64,000 bases of DNA. It comes from an uncultured Gammaproteobacteria bacterium (GTDB lineage Bacteria > Patescibacteriota > Microgenomatia > JALYQM01). The stretch covers positions 12,456 through 76,455 of the forward strand of contig CAYOFQ010000001.1 in the NCBI GenBank assembly GCA_964403585.1. The letters run 5' to 3'. The position numbers were made by a program, and so were the translations under genes. This document shows positions 7,901 through 15,836 of this stretch, in pieces. Numbering within the stretch: position 1 is the stretch's first letter; every line of letters begins with the position of its first letter. Under the pieces are notes generated by a model, which did not search any database, was not told where the DNA came from, and saw only the letters and a program-made list of their open reading frames with translations.

Positions 7901-10544
7901 TGTCAAAATGGCCGTTGCCAAAGTGGCCGGTAATGCCGTAGTTAAAGGTATACAAAGTTTAGCTACTAAAATAGCCGCTCGACTAACCCTAGAAGGTATT
8001 CTTGCTGTACTCCCTACCGGTGTAACCCAGGTTGCCGCTTTAATATTGGCAATCGACACAGCTTTAAGTTCAATACCAATTGTTAATATTATCTATGGTG
8101 CTATAAAATTCGTTGTACTTACACCTTTACGCTGGCTTTGGAAGTTAATCAAGATCATCGCCGCCATCGAAGCGTTACTGGCACTCTACGCGATATATCG
8201 CCTTGCGATGTTTGCTGTTCAATTATTGCATGCCGTTGCATCGGTGGCCGCTATTGGAGGCGCCGCTGGAACAATAACAGGATTTCTTTTAGGTGGAGTC
8301 CCCGGCGCATTTCTCGGCGGTATTATTGGCTGGGGCGCTGGTGCAATCGCCGGCACTGTCTTCCAGGCAGGAAAATTCTTATTCGGCAAATTAACTGGAG
8401 CACTCCAGGGAGGCGTTGCTATTGGAACCGGCGGAGCACTCGGTGCTCTTATGCCGGGATGGTTAAGTGGTTTCCTTTCAGGTGGCGTATCCGCACTTTC
8501 CTTTGGATTATTCAGTGTCCCGGCAGCCTTACTTAACGTTGCCGTTGCCTCAACCAGTGCTATCGCCGGATGGCTCACTTCCATGGGTGCGGCACAAGCA
8601 CTCGCAGTAGTATCCACGGGAGCCGCTATCGGCTTAACTGCACTTTTCAGCCCTGCATATATCACTGCCGTGATGGAATCGCTGCGTAAACCACTGGATA
8701 AAGCAGTGGGCGAATTAGCTACTTTCTCTTATCCCCTGCAGGTGACCAAAATCGCAGATAAAACTAAAGTTAACCAAAACGGTGAACAAATTAAATATAC
8801 GATCACGGTCAGTGGTCCTGCTTGTAGCCCAACTCTAACAGTAACAGATAAATTACCGGATACCCTCACCTTTGATCCATCTGTTCCACCTTCATTTGGA
8901 ACTCCACTCGATCCGTTAGTAGACAGCATCACACCACCAACTGGGCCAGACGCCAATAATACCTTAACCTGGACAATTAAATTGAAGCCTACAGCCGGCG
9001 AGTCCTGTAATGCTGCCCAAATAGATACCGGAGCAAACATCAGTATTCTGGACCCCAATAAGAACTTAGTCAGCTTGGCAGATATGCAGGCATTATTAGC
9101 AGCCTATCCAGGTGGATCATTCAAACCAATGAAGGATACCGCCCAATACTTTATTGATGGACAACAAAAATATGGAATTAATCCTCTCTTTGTTGCCGGA
9201 ATCGCCGCCTTCGAATCAACCATGGGAATCGGTGGAATTGGACGCCCTCCAAATCAGGCAGGTACCTCCGGTTGTTATAATGCCACCAACCTGAAATCAC
9301 CTAACACAAATATTCCTCAAAAATATGGCGGCACACGAGACTGTACCAACCCGGATTTCTGGAGATTCCCCAGCTATGAAGCCAACCTGGCCGCAACCTA
9401 CGAATGGATCCAAACCTATCATGTAAATAAAGGTGAAACCGATGTTGATTCCATCATGGCTCGGTATCAGGGCACGGATGACTTACGTAACACCGAAGTA
9501 GCCATCATTAAATGTACTATGAAAACTAAACGAGTTTGTTCTGATGGATCTGGCGGTGGTGGTGGCACTACTGCCCCAACCTTTACCGCAACCTTAACCT
9601 TTGCCGGCATCGCCAATGCACCAAAGTCAGGCAATGGACCAAATGGTGATGGCTGTATCGTCAATACAGTTACAGCACAGCTCGGAAGCTCAGGCGATGT
9701 ACTTACCTCAACAGGTGGAGCAACTACTGCTGTCGGTCCGGCAAAATGTAATGAATTACAATCATTACCTCAGGGAACCATTGCCGAAGCCAAAGCGTTT
9801 ATGTGTTCCCATCCAACTATCAAAATATGTCCAACAGTCGGTACTAAATACCCGCCTAACTCAGACTGGACACGTGAGCAACTTGAAGCATTGTGGACTG
9901 TTGCGCAAAAAGTCTATCAGGCTGAACCGTATCGCAGCTACGCTGTTGGAAACTATGGAATCGAAGTACAACGCAGCCGCTGCTACATCTACTTTAGTGC
10001 AGTGAACTGTCCTCCAACCGGTGCCGACGGAAAATCCGATAATACACAGGGGTTCAATCAAGGTGTTGATGCCAGCTTCGCAACAATGCAATTCTCAGCA
10101 GGCGTCACACCGAAAGTAGTATTAATTATGAACGGCATCGGTAGCATTAACGGGAACAACGACATACTACAATACCTTTATGCCCACGAAATTGCCCACT
10201 CCGCACAAAAAGGTACCGCCAGTGGCGGTATCGGTGACCGCACCAGAAATCCAGCCAACCAACCGGTACTGGCTCTGAACGAAGTTGTCAGCTTATACGG
10301 AGCACCTACAACCTATTGTATCTCTACTGGTGGACGTTTGCGCTGCGGAAGTGGCCTTCCCTTTGAAAATAACGCTGACGCAATCTCCTACTACATGACC
10401 AACGGTGAGGTTGGCGGTAACTATCGCGCCTGGACCGGTAACACCAACAATTTGAAAACTGATCATCCAAACACCTATAATGCTCTCATGAATGGTTTCT
10501 TTGCTACCGGAGCAAGTGGAGGTCCGCAAGAATATGGCCCTTAA
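1902..10544 (+). CDS. Giant 2880-aa multidomain surface/membrane protein: ~2000-aa charged helical region with internal repeats, glycine-zipper TM region, DUF11-like domain, FlgJ-like glucosaminidase domain, poly-Gly linker, Cys-containing C-terminal domain with HExxH
   Basis: A single open frame of 8.6 kb. Motifs read in the translation: GxxxG-rich hydrophobic block (AIGGAAGTITGFLLGGVPGAFLGGIIGWGAGAIAG...), a DUF11-like stretch (GEQIKYTITVSGPACSPTLTVTDKLPDTLTF), a glucosaminidase-like stretch (QKYGINPLFVAGIAAFESTMG ... FPSYEANLAATYEWI), and HEIAH near the C-terminus. Confidence 0.85.
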   Translation: MNRDLERLQYILQQLSQTLEELPADDFIKTRNDRLAIYQQLKDKYPELVKRLEDEPNGSKAFERGVIVDLISAIATDLNKPVWTAIPTNRDELIKEYIDSLEASPTQSSVAQSYQRVMQARKPGQTSFHQASNAFDEIYDSTQKIINPENVQFPADHSDRARDNKVVADQLSTRIAEIVAENSFGDPEERADTIEEEINEAYRQMYNVSGVTKRHQEVIRREAERLAALPVETPEIPSSGNALTDEIAKKIATVTIGQQVTPEQIAETAQAITPQVQAAINNPATDKTPDQQVAEVIRQGVEQTIAPLVDSPAIDKYLRTSTNSFVDIQSVENFREELPQAVQQTAYQSVNEAVQQQRGISPEAVQAYQDPQVQQALQRAIDTTANTLKVAANPRDNATAIQEAAQSIMAQEVYTSLKDDPRYQQWNRDKAGYEQVAPSLQELVTIAAGGMASGFMDKQAEHAVALAQRDVAAAPPVEAVRSTARQIVDSVKASLPSDINLSRDEEQQLYSKVVNTIDDNTYQLRPSPVETLKEKIATDIEEVVINGPQRETLDLSGTLQQIEPQIEPALGRYNFELTKAAAEKSLDYLEAQAKAAFPAAETVSIKAEDFPAPPAPTQEVIVTGRGERAAEVFTRPASLIVKEVTPTLQLDAQEQADLQERLELTLTGMASAGKTRQEMQQRVAEIIAENPKGVDSDTLDAALKHADFMAEGQAKVGRRQFNKVMAGPEDARVYDTNAGQEPATSELAGKYAQSMLNNIDGESASTKSIVDDVARTLKLDNQERRTLQAQLGAEFSGMVADGRTQQEIKERAAEIVSAIHEEKYKELKEKTKQTKEEKETLEKAEKALKTALEQVNNQEPPERSRQIAGQLIDSMQKQAASGAWKDEQAQRELAAYAAQREELIRAFEVAKMSGDVAEMDTLHKLIIDNDRHFIASNQNTMLASYYDSGSVEKYQNERLQKIAAAKEAYKERQAEIQQQMDENRITAQEGLDALKRLHKDSSGEITQNLIELQMQLDSQAIKKSDEEKILALQRAYIGSREDQRRPATSGELNVLKRGLEETNWYDRGNFLASTTDNATRSVEKHVGDILEKLAEQDPSIRSRLAGTAFSAIKRDTASAVMQDLAATTSKSEVQFSILSTLKTTLEDKVTELTGKKVKLDPGSTAGDLLANSASKLAGDKKVQAAAAMQSIMPIVPHMTDEVEEGDLYGHREAMREMMAQDYEKGVRDIQKNLDREIKRGLRKYRKAASTPPPDSSSGVIITERGEKASQSFDRAAALIVKEINPTLNLDISTQYELREQIELSLVGMASAGKSRAEMRAKVQELVTKYAGNVSDDVLTAALKHADFMAEGQTRAGRRLFKKAMAGPENPQSYGNDLRDQAIQGSFDQTANRLASKAAKTFSMDAYDEGELRRQISDMLVTMARQGKTQAEMQSSISNLIQQTISTTEGGKFLAERERESKIVTGNQAIYLSRKQKRDQFYREDASMSIASLLEAVRSANPNITDDQLNAIAENTITNTMGGLKIVPIQAKKDNGDLMFDKDGQPVYVTNGKDADGNDLIEYKLEEGSSVFGVNGIMGLSKTQLRMMAKMSPAEQLEYLSKFDELRRQQIFSSLSISLKHELMQFGVWTPQMEKKLNSLRLKDFYDRDQQESYINSAIADAQNKVGRPLTNSEIAQIRAEMSAKLNKKMSVQDAIAFHMERGYSLDHFVKQFREDTLRKMRNNREDEASFYDLSRARNSFSNNINTIEALLDPRFAQKYARRKVRAYKRDAQKFILGAVGIDKDSSWTAWFGSMVNGTFQQKMIGHEKNLAALSKKYKMDVAQIAKTGIKPKNISLFKSLELDRAIRSQRGLDAIKKAREANPRLAFLFDKRAQRMQSNKYEFSAELFETLLHGSAGIKALPGVVSSRLMNATINKILTEGKGFRNFFVYDRKSRQILFTPYEELKMKRDEAVKQLKEAAWNSRPMMYAREQGDKVKEYAKDQFKKYVWDSKPVKAVRNRVKMAVAKVAGNAVVKGIQSLATKIAARLTLEGILAVLPTGVTQVAALILAIDTALSSIPIVNIIYGAIKFVVLTPLRWLWKLIKIIAAIEALLALYAIYRLAMFAVQLLHAVASVAAIGGAAGTITGFLLGGVPGAFLGGIIGWGAGAIAGTVFQAGKFLFGKLTGALQGGVAIGTGGALGALMPGWLSGFLSGGVSALSFGLFSVPAALLNVAVASTSAIAGWLTSMGAAQALAVVSTGAAIGLTALFSPAYITAVMESLRKPLDKAVGELATFSYPLQVTKIADKTKVNQNGEQIKYTITVSGPACSPTLTVTDKLPDTLTFDPSVPPSFGTPLDPLVDSITPPTGPDANNTLTWTIKLKPTAGESCNAAQIDTGANISILDPNKNLVSLADMQALLAAYPGGSFKPMKDTAQYFIDGQQKYGINPLFVAGIAAFESTMGIGGIGRPPNQAGTSGCYNATNLKSPNTNIPQKYGGTRDCTNPDFWRFPSYEANLAATYEWIQTYHVNKGETDVDSIMARYQGTDDLRNTEVAIIKCTMKTKRVCSDGSGGGGGTTAPTFTATLTFAGIANAPKSGNGPNGDGCIVNTVTAQLGSSGDVLTSTGGATTAVGPAKCNELQSLPQGTIAEAKAFMCSHPTIKICPTVGTKYPPNSDWTREQLEALWTVAQKVYQAEPYRSYAVGNYGIEVQRSRCYIYFSAVNCPPTGADGKSDNTQGFNQGVDASFATMQFSAGVTPKVVLIMNGIGSINGNNDILQYLYAHEIAHSAQKGTASGGIGDRTRNPANQPVLALNEVVSLYGAPTTYCISTGGRLRCGSGLPFENNADAISYYMTNGEVGGNYRAWTGNTNNLKTDHPNTYNALMNGFFATGASGGPQEYGP
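3757..4107 (+). repeat. Intragenic ~115-aa repeat unit, copy 1, inside the giant gene (SLIVKEV..LTGMASAGKTRQEM..LKHADFMAEGQAKVGRRQF..AGPED)
   Basis: Protein-level and ~75% nucleotide-level similarity to copy 2 at 5674-6023. Shorter versions of the GM(A/V)xxG(K/R)TxxE(M/I) motif also occur near 4270-4350 and 6130-6230. Confidence 0.7.
5674..6023 (+). repeat. Intragenic ~115-aa repeat unit, copy 2, inside the giant gene
   Basis: ALIVKEINPTLNLD..LVGMASAGKSRAEM..LKHADFMAEGQTRAGRRLF..AGPEN aligns with copy 1. Confidence 0.7.
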
Positions 10545-11175
10545 TAATCTTCGCCAACTGCAACAATATCGGAATACCCTTGTTTTAGGAGTAATATTAC
10601 TCGGTATTGGCATCGTTGCAGCCATCATCTACTTTGATAACCCCCAGCCGGCCGAAACCCCACTCTCTCCAAAACCACAGCTGGTTATCAAAGATAACCC
10701 AACCGAATTACAAGTTGATTGGTCTAAAGTCAAACTGGGAATGTCTCAGGAGTCTATCGAAAAACTAATTGGTAAGCCAAGTGCTGTAAATGAAAACAAC
10801 GGCGCAAAATTTATAGTCTACGTAGCCAATCCTAAAACACCGTTAGCAACTCATGTCATAACACTCAAGAACAATAAAGCAGTGGCCATCAAACGCAATG
10901 TCGACAGTCACAACCAGATCATTACCCGCGAGCAGTATGAAAGAAAATTCGGCAATGCTGAAGTCATTCGGGAACAAAGTGGAAATGAAGTCGAGGCATT
11001 ATATGCGTATAAAATTGCCGACAACGAATATCTGTTGATTGAAGTAGATACACAAAACAACCAGGTGTACAACATTTTAGATGTCGTTGGTGAAGAATAC
11101 GAAAACATCAAGAAAGAAGAGAAATTGGCTAAGGAACAGAGCCAACCGGAAGAACGCGGATTTGAAGCCTTTTAA
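10534..11175 (+). CDS. Hypothetical membrane-anchored protein with a single N-terminal TM helix
   Basis: The ORF track gives 10492-11175. The likely start is ATG 10534 (MALNNLRQ...), preceded by GGAGG, and overlaps the giant gene stop by 11 nt. The TM helix is LVLGVILLGIGIVAAIIYF. Confidence 0.6.
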   Translation: MALNNLRQLQQYRNTLVLGVILLGIGIVAAIIYFDNPQPAETPLSPKPQLVIKDNPTELQVDWSKVKLGMSQESIEKLIGKPSAVNENNGAKFIVYVANPKTPLATHVITLKNNKAVAIKRNVDSHNQIITREQYERKFGNAEVIREQSGNEVEALYAYKIADNEYLLIEVDTQNNQVYNILDVVGEEYENIKKEEKLAKEQSQPEERGFEAF

Positions 11176-11495
11176 AGTATTCCCGACCAGTAACGAACTT
11201 TCTTAATAACCCCCTTACCGAGTATTTCGTGCAAACAAAATACCAGCTTACGCTCCTTCATCCGAACCTCATGCCCCCAAACGGAAGAAGCCACAGCTAA
11301 AGTGAGTACACCATCTTTAAAAGATTTCGCCCGTACATTTCCCACCGCTTTTTCACCAAGAATTTTTCCAATCTCCTTTTGCACAACCTCCACCACCCGC
11401 GCCGCATCCATAGCTGCCGGATCACCCGAACGTTCAGCAACTGCAGATAACAAATCTGAAACTTTAACAAAAGACATAGTAGGATTATACGTCAT
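11172..11495 (-). CDS. DUF721-family protein (small conserved protein usually found downstream of dnaN/recF)
   Basis: The C-terminal pattern DGVLTLAVASSVWGHEVRMKERKLVFCLHEILGKGVIKKVRYW matches the DUF721 consensus (dGtLtvevdspawaqeLs...I.frv). It sits downstream of dnaN and shares an overlapping TTAA stop with the upstream convergent gene. Confidence 0.65.
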   Translation of the reverse strand: MTYNPTMSFVKVSDLLSAVAERSGDPAAMDAARVVEVVQKEIGKILGEKAVGNVRAKSFKDGVLTLAVASSVWGHEVRMKERKLVFCLHEILGKGVIKKVRYWSGIL

Positions 11496-11539
11496 ATATA
11501 AATAACTTTTTTTAGTAAAATTAAGGATCTGCTGTTTGT

Positions 11540-11675
11540 TTTACGAAGCGAGGACTTCCGCTGAAGGGAGCCAAATCGCAATAAGCGACCGAATACTTAC
11601 ATTAAGAACAAAAAAGACAGAGAGCGAGAAGACGTAAACTACGAAAGACTGAGCATCCGCAGCGAGTAAAACGAA
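11540..11675. repeat. Intergenic repeat element, copy A (GCGAGGACTTCCGCTGAAGGGAGCC...GAGCATCCGCAGCGAG)
   Basis: Shares 5' and 3' conserved blocks with the copies at 14690-14845, 35195-35400 and 50365-50480. Confidence 0.6.
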
Positions 11676-11692
11676 TACAGATCCTACTAAGT

Positions 11693-12817
11693 TTAATCCA
11701 CCAGCACCGGCATAATCACATGCAGATATTCCGATACCTCAGGTATTCGCCAAACACCCGGCTGATTCGAACCATTCATCTCAAAAACTACATCCGAACT
11801 CTTTATTTTTCCCAAAAATTCCAATAAATAACGACTATTGAAAGCAATCGTATTTGCGCTGCCTTCAATAGTTCCATTTACTTCACCGCTAAATTCTCCA
11901 ACCTGCTCAGTGGCGCTGGAAAGGCGCACCACACCGGCCGAAGGATCTATTACGGTTTTTAGTATCGATGCACCGCTACGGGCAAATAAAGAGGCTGTAC
12001 GGACAGTTCTAAGTAACTCATCCGATTTAAAAATTACCCGGGTAGCATAACTTTTAGGAATAATTTTATTGTACGGAGGAAAAGTACCTTCCAGAATTCT
12101 GGTCATAAACAAATTACCGTCAGGGAGTTTAAAAATTAACTGAGTACCTTCTTTAGACAAACCGCATTCAATATTTCCCGCATTTTCCCCGCTATATTCC
12201 CGCAACACTTTTCCTACCTCATTCAGGACTTTAGCACCTAATACTACTGCAAAATTCTTATCCAGAACCTCGGAACTGAATTTTTCCACCGACAAACGAA
12301 AACCGTCAGTAGCAGCCATCTCCATTTGACCGCTTTCAACACGTAAGGAAATACCGGTTAAAATCGCCCGGGCCTCATCACTACTCGCGGCAAAGGACAC
12401 TCTGTCGATCGCATCAACCAGCTGTCTTGTCGGCAAAGTATAGCGAGTCGGTTGCATATCAAAGGAAAGTTCCGGATATTCCTCAGAAAAAATACCGGTA
12501 AAATCAGACTTTGTCTTACCTTCAACAATTTTCAAAAGTTGTTCGGTAGTTTCGATAACTAATACACCTGCCGGCAAATTAAGAACAAAATCGGTAAGAA
12601 GCTTTGCTGGAGCAACAAAGAAACCGTCTTCACCACCGTTAACTTCCAGAACAACCCGTAACGCAACTTCCGTATTATTTCCAATCAGAGTTAACTTATT
12701 TCCTTCAAGATCCATCAATACCCCGGATAAAACGGGCAACGTAGTCCGCGTAGCAATACCACGGCCCACCAAACTTAAAGCTCGGGCAAATTGGTCCTGT
12801 TGTACTGAAAATTTCAT
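11693..12817 (-). CDS. dnaN: DNA polymerase III beta sliding clamp
   Basis: MKFSVQQDQFARALSLVGRGIA..TLPVLSGVLM... is a typical DnaN N-terminus. Length is 374 aa and the gene lies just downstream of dnaA/oriC. Confidence 0.9.
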   Translation of the reverse strand: MKFSVQQDQFARALSLVGRGIATRTTLPVLSGVLMDLEGNKLTLIGNNTEVALRVVLEVNGGEDGFFVAPAKLLTDFVLNLPAGVLVIETTEQLLKIVEGKTKSDFTGIFSEEYPELSFDMQPTRYTLPTRQLVDAIDRVSFAASSDEARAILTGISLRVESGQMEMAATDGFRLSVEKFSSEVLDKNFAVVLGAKVLNEVGKVLREYSGENAGNIECGLSKEGTQLIFKLPDGNLFMTRILEGTFPPYNKIIPKSYATRVIFKSDELLRTVRTASLFARSGASILKTVIDPSAGVVRLSSATEQVGEFSGEVNGTIEGSANTIAFNSRYLLEFLGKIKSSDVVFEMNGSNQPGVWRIPEVSEYLHVIMPVLVD

Positions 12818-13205
12818 TTACCTCCTCACTTTCTATTATTATGAGAGTTTTCTCATTTAAAGAGAATTTATACGTGTGTAGGTGATACTACACTAAGTGC
12901 TACCAATTGTAAATTTTCTTCTCTTCTGTCTATTATCTTTATTTCTTATATATAAATATATAGTATTCTTAGTAATATACTCTGTGTATATCTGCATAAC
13001 ACGGTTACAGTGAAGCTAGCTTTTTTGTGGAATTAGCCGTTAATCCAACTGTAATAGTCTATCTCCTCTACTCTATCCTATATCATACGTAGTACTTTCG
13101 GATTATATTAGCCTTGATAACTTATACTATTTTGTGGATATCTTTGTGGATTACTTTTTTATTCTGTGGATAACCTACTTTTACTTATCCACACATGACT
13201 AAAAG
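12818..13205. other. Chromosomal replication origin (oriC): AT-rich unwinding region plus a cluster of DnaA boxes between dnaA and dnaN
   Basis: AT-rich stretch at ~12890-12990 (ttatatataaatatatagtattcttagtaatatactctg). DnaA-box-like 9-mers: tgtggaatt ~13027, ttgtggata 13132, tgtggatta 13146, tgtggataa 13165, ttatccaca 13185, ttatccaga 13206, and tgtggataa 13261 just inside the dnaA 3' end. Confidence 0.8.
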
Positions 13206-14657
13206 TTATCCAGATAGCTCCTGTTTTATCAACTGTATTTCACGACGGATTTGTTCATTTGTGGATAACGCCAATTCTATCTGCTTCACTCCATGCATGA
13301 CGGTAGTATGGTCTCTTCCGCCCAGTAACTCCCCTACTCTCTCGAGTGGTAAGCCCATTTCGGAATTAAGAAGATACATGGCAATCTGCCGTGGTATTAC
13401 CAGGTTCTTAGTTCGACGGGTTCCCAGCAGATCAGACTTCTTAATAGCGAAGTGATGGTGGATAACTTGCAAAACACGTTGTGGATTAATGGCATTCCCG
13501 AGGCTGACCGATTGAGTGGACTCTTCACCCCAGGCGGTCCGGACATTTTCCAGTGTCCCGATCCAGCCGTTCGTCTTTAATTTTGAAATTATTTGAAACA
13601 ATTTACCTTGTAATTCTCTGGTATTACTGCTGATACGTGACGCTAAGAAATCTACGGCATTCGGCTCTATATGTTCACCCATATCCTGACATTTAGTCTG
13701 AATAATTGCCACCCGCATTTCATAATCCGGCAAACCTACGTCGACCATCATTCCGCCTTTAAACCGCGAGGACAATCGTTCTTCCAGTTGCGGAATTTCC
13801 TCCGGCGTTCTATCCGAAGTCATGAGCACATGCCCGCCGCGCCCGACAATGTCATTAAATGTATGGAAAAACTCTTCCTGAGTACTGTCTTTCCCGGCTA
13901 TAAACTGAATATCATCTACCAGAATAATGTCACAGGAGCGGTAGCGCTCTCTAAACTTGTCCGTGGATTTAGTTGAAATACTATATATATATTCATTAGT
14001 AAATTTTTCAGATGAAAAATAAAGGATCTTCTTATTTGGGAATTTAGACAACACCGCATTCCCGACTGCCATCATCAAGTGGGTTTTGCCTAACCCAACC
14101 CCGCCATATATAAAAAGCGGATTGTATCCCTTACCCGGATTTTGCGCGACCGCCTGAGAGGCCGCATACGCCACGTTATTACTTTTGCCGACTATAAAGT
14201 TGTCGAAAACCAGATTAGGATTGAGCCCATTAAAAACACTCCCTCCCCCACTCCCTGCCGAAGTAGATACGGAATTTTGACGAACCGGAGGTGCAATATC
14301 ATCAATCTGCATGGTCGTATCTGCATAAACCTCTTCATTCTGCTGTACAAATAGCGGAGCCTGAACCCTATCCTGCTCCGGCCTGGTTCGGGCAGAATCC
14401 TTTATCTTTGCCTCCACAAACACCAGCTCTACTTCCTCAGGATAATATTCCTCAATCATTGAAGGAATCATCCCTTTAAATTTTTTCGTCAGTTCCTGTG
14501 CCGAGAATAAGCTCGACACCCCAATCGTCCAGGTATTACCGTCAACCGACACTACATCGGTATTATGAAAGTGCAATTTATACACCCCCACCGACAAGGC
14601 ACCCTTAATATCTTTTAATACTTTTTTCCAGATAGACTGTGCTTCTTCGAGAGTCAT
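13206..14657 (-). CDS. dnaA: Chromosomal replication initiator protein DnaA
   Basis: Walker A GGVGLGKTHLMMAVGN, an AAA+ domain, and a C-terminal DNA-binding helix-turn-helix region. Classic dnaA-dnaN context. Confidence 0.92.
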   Translation of the reverse strand: MTLEEAQSIWKKVLKDIKGALSVGVYKLHFHNTDVVSVDGNTWTIGVSSLFSAQELTKKFKGMIPSMIEEYYPEEVELVFVEAKIKDSARTRPEQDRVQAPLFVQQNEEVYADTTMQIDDIAPPVRQNSVSTSAGSGGGSVFNGLNPNLVFDNFIVGKSNNVAYAASQAVAQNPGKGYNPLFIYGGVGLGKTHLMMAVGNAVLSKFPNKKILYFSSEKFTNEYIYSISTKSTDKFRERYRSCDIILVDDIQFIAGKDSTQEEFFHTFNDIVGRGGHVLMTSDRTPEEIPQLEERLSSRFKGGMMVDVGLPDYEMRVAIIQTKCQDMGEHIEPNAVDFLASRISSNTRELQGKLFQIISKLKTNGWIGTLENVRTAWGEESTQSVSLGNAINPQRVLQVIHHHFAIKKSDLLGTRRTKNLVIPRQIAMYLLNSEMGLPLERVGELLGGRDHTTVMHGVKQIELALSTNEQIRREIQLIKQELSG

Positions 14658-14689
14658 AAACTTTATTTCATAAAGTGTGCGAATTATTT

Positions 14690-14845
14690 GATTTGCGCAG
14701 CGAGGACTATCCGCCTGTTGAGCCGGAGTCGAGTAGTTGCGTAACGAGCGAAGGCGAAATTACAAACCTTACGACTAGTAATAGTTCGAGAGCGCAACTG
14801 CTGGATAAAAGCACAGCCCGAGCATCCGCAGCAAGCAAATCAAAT
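14690..14845. repeat. Intergenic repeat element, copy B (GCGCAGCGAGGACTATCCGCC...CCGAGCATCCGCAGCAAG), in the rpmH-dnaA intergenic region
   Basis: Same conserved end blocks as copies A, C and D. Confidence 0.55.
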
Positions 14846-15050
14846 TAGAGCACAACGTAAAGGAAGGCTAATACCAAGATATTAACGTCTTATCCCCAAC
14901 AATACAAGACCAAAAATGAGTCTAAAACCTATAGTTTTTCCACAAAAAAAACACATTATCAACATCGAAAACAACGCCCTGTAGGCACAAAAACTGTGAA
15001 GCGAACACACTAATTGACACAATATCAAAATATACAGTATAATCCCCGTT

Positions 15051-15194
15051 ATGAAACGTACCTGGCAACCAAAAAAGACCAAAAGACTCCGTAAACACGG
15101 CTTTTTATCTCGCATGGCAACCCGCCTCGGAAGAAAAGTATTAGCACGTCGCCGCACCAAAGGCCGAGTAAAACTCACAGTTTCTGCTAAATAA
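15051..15194 (+). CDS. rpmH: 50S ribosomal protein L34
   Basis: Manual translation gives [47 protein letters not shown] (47 aa). It is below the 60-aa cutoff of the ORF track and canonically precedes rnpA. Confidence 0.9.
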   Translation: MKRTWQPKKTKRLRKHGFLSRMATRLGRKVLARRRTKGRVKLTVSAK

Positions 15195-15238
15195 TACCCA
15201 CTTCTCCTGGTTTAAGCGAAATAAGATATAATATACCC

Positions 15239-15595
15239 ATGTTACCTAAAAGCAATAGGCTGAATATCCGTACATATTTTGGTGAGATTCGCGGCACCGG
15301 TAAGAAGCTAAGCTCACCCTACTTTTCTTTTTATTATCGCCTTTCAGAATCGGGATCAACTCCGCAAATTAGCTGTGTAATATCAAAAAAGGTTGCCAAG
15401 TCCGCCGTCAAAAGAAACCGAATGAGACGACTCCTGAATACAGCCGCTAAATCACACTTGGACAAAATTAACCCGTCTTTGCAGGGGTTATTTTTCGTAT
15501 ATAAAGATTTCTCACACCTTAAAAGTCAGGACCTCTCCGAAGTAATTAAAAACGTCTTAGACTCAGGAGGTCTACTGGACCACCATCATGATTAA
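15239..15595 (+). CDS. rnpA: Ribonuclease P protein component
   Basis: Small basic protein ([12 protein letters not shown]...[10 protein letters not shown]) in the rpmH-rnpA-yidD-yidC order. Confidence 0.8.
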   Translation: MLPKSNRLNIRTYFGEIRGTGKKLSSPYFSFYYRLSESGSTPQISCVISKKVAKSAVKRNRMRRLLNTAAKSHLDKINPSLQGLFFVYKDFSHLKSQDLSEVIKNVLDSGGLLDHHHD

Positions 15596-15794
15596 GTTGT
15601 ATCAGAGATTCATCTCTCCCCTACTCCATCAAATCTTCCCCACCTCTGTAAGTGGATGCAGATTTTATCCCAGTTGCTCCGAATATACCCACCTCGCCAT
15701 CGAAAAATACGGATTACTGCACGGCACGTATAAAGGAATTCTGAGATTTTTACGCTGTAACCCCTTCTTTAAAGGCGGCATCGACTATCCATAG
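15588..15794 (+). CDS. yidD: Membrane protein insertion efficiency factor YidD
   Basis: LYQRFISP...[14 protein letters not shown] is the conserved YidD motif. Overlaps the rnpA stop. Confidence 0.85.
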   Translation: MIKLYQRFISPLLHQIFPTSVSGCRFYPSCSEYTHLAIEKYGLLHGTYKGILRFLRCNPFFKGGIDYP

Positions 15795-15836
15795 CGCCTT
15801 GTCCTGTCGCCCCTGCCACTGATATAATCCACCCAT

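Noticed and set aside
8219-8665. 148-aa antisense ORF inside the giant gene, Pro/Ala-rich, with a neighbouring 132-aa plus-frame ORF at 8138-8536
   Set aside because: By-product of the GGN/GCN-rich glycine-zipper coding region on the sense strand; codon bias yields open antisense and alternate frames.
14890-14960. Possible additional DnaA boxes upstream of dnaA (tcttatccccaac, ttttccacaaa, ttatcaaca)
   Set aside because: Each has two or more mismatches to TTATCCACA, so they were not annotated as features; they might still contribute to a bipartite origin.
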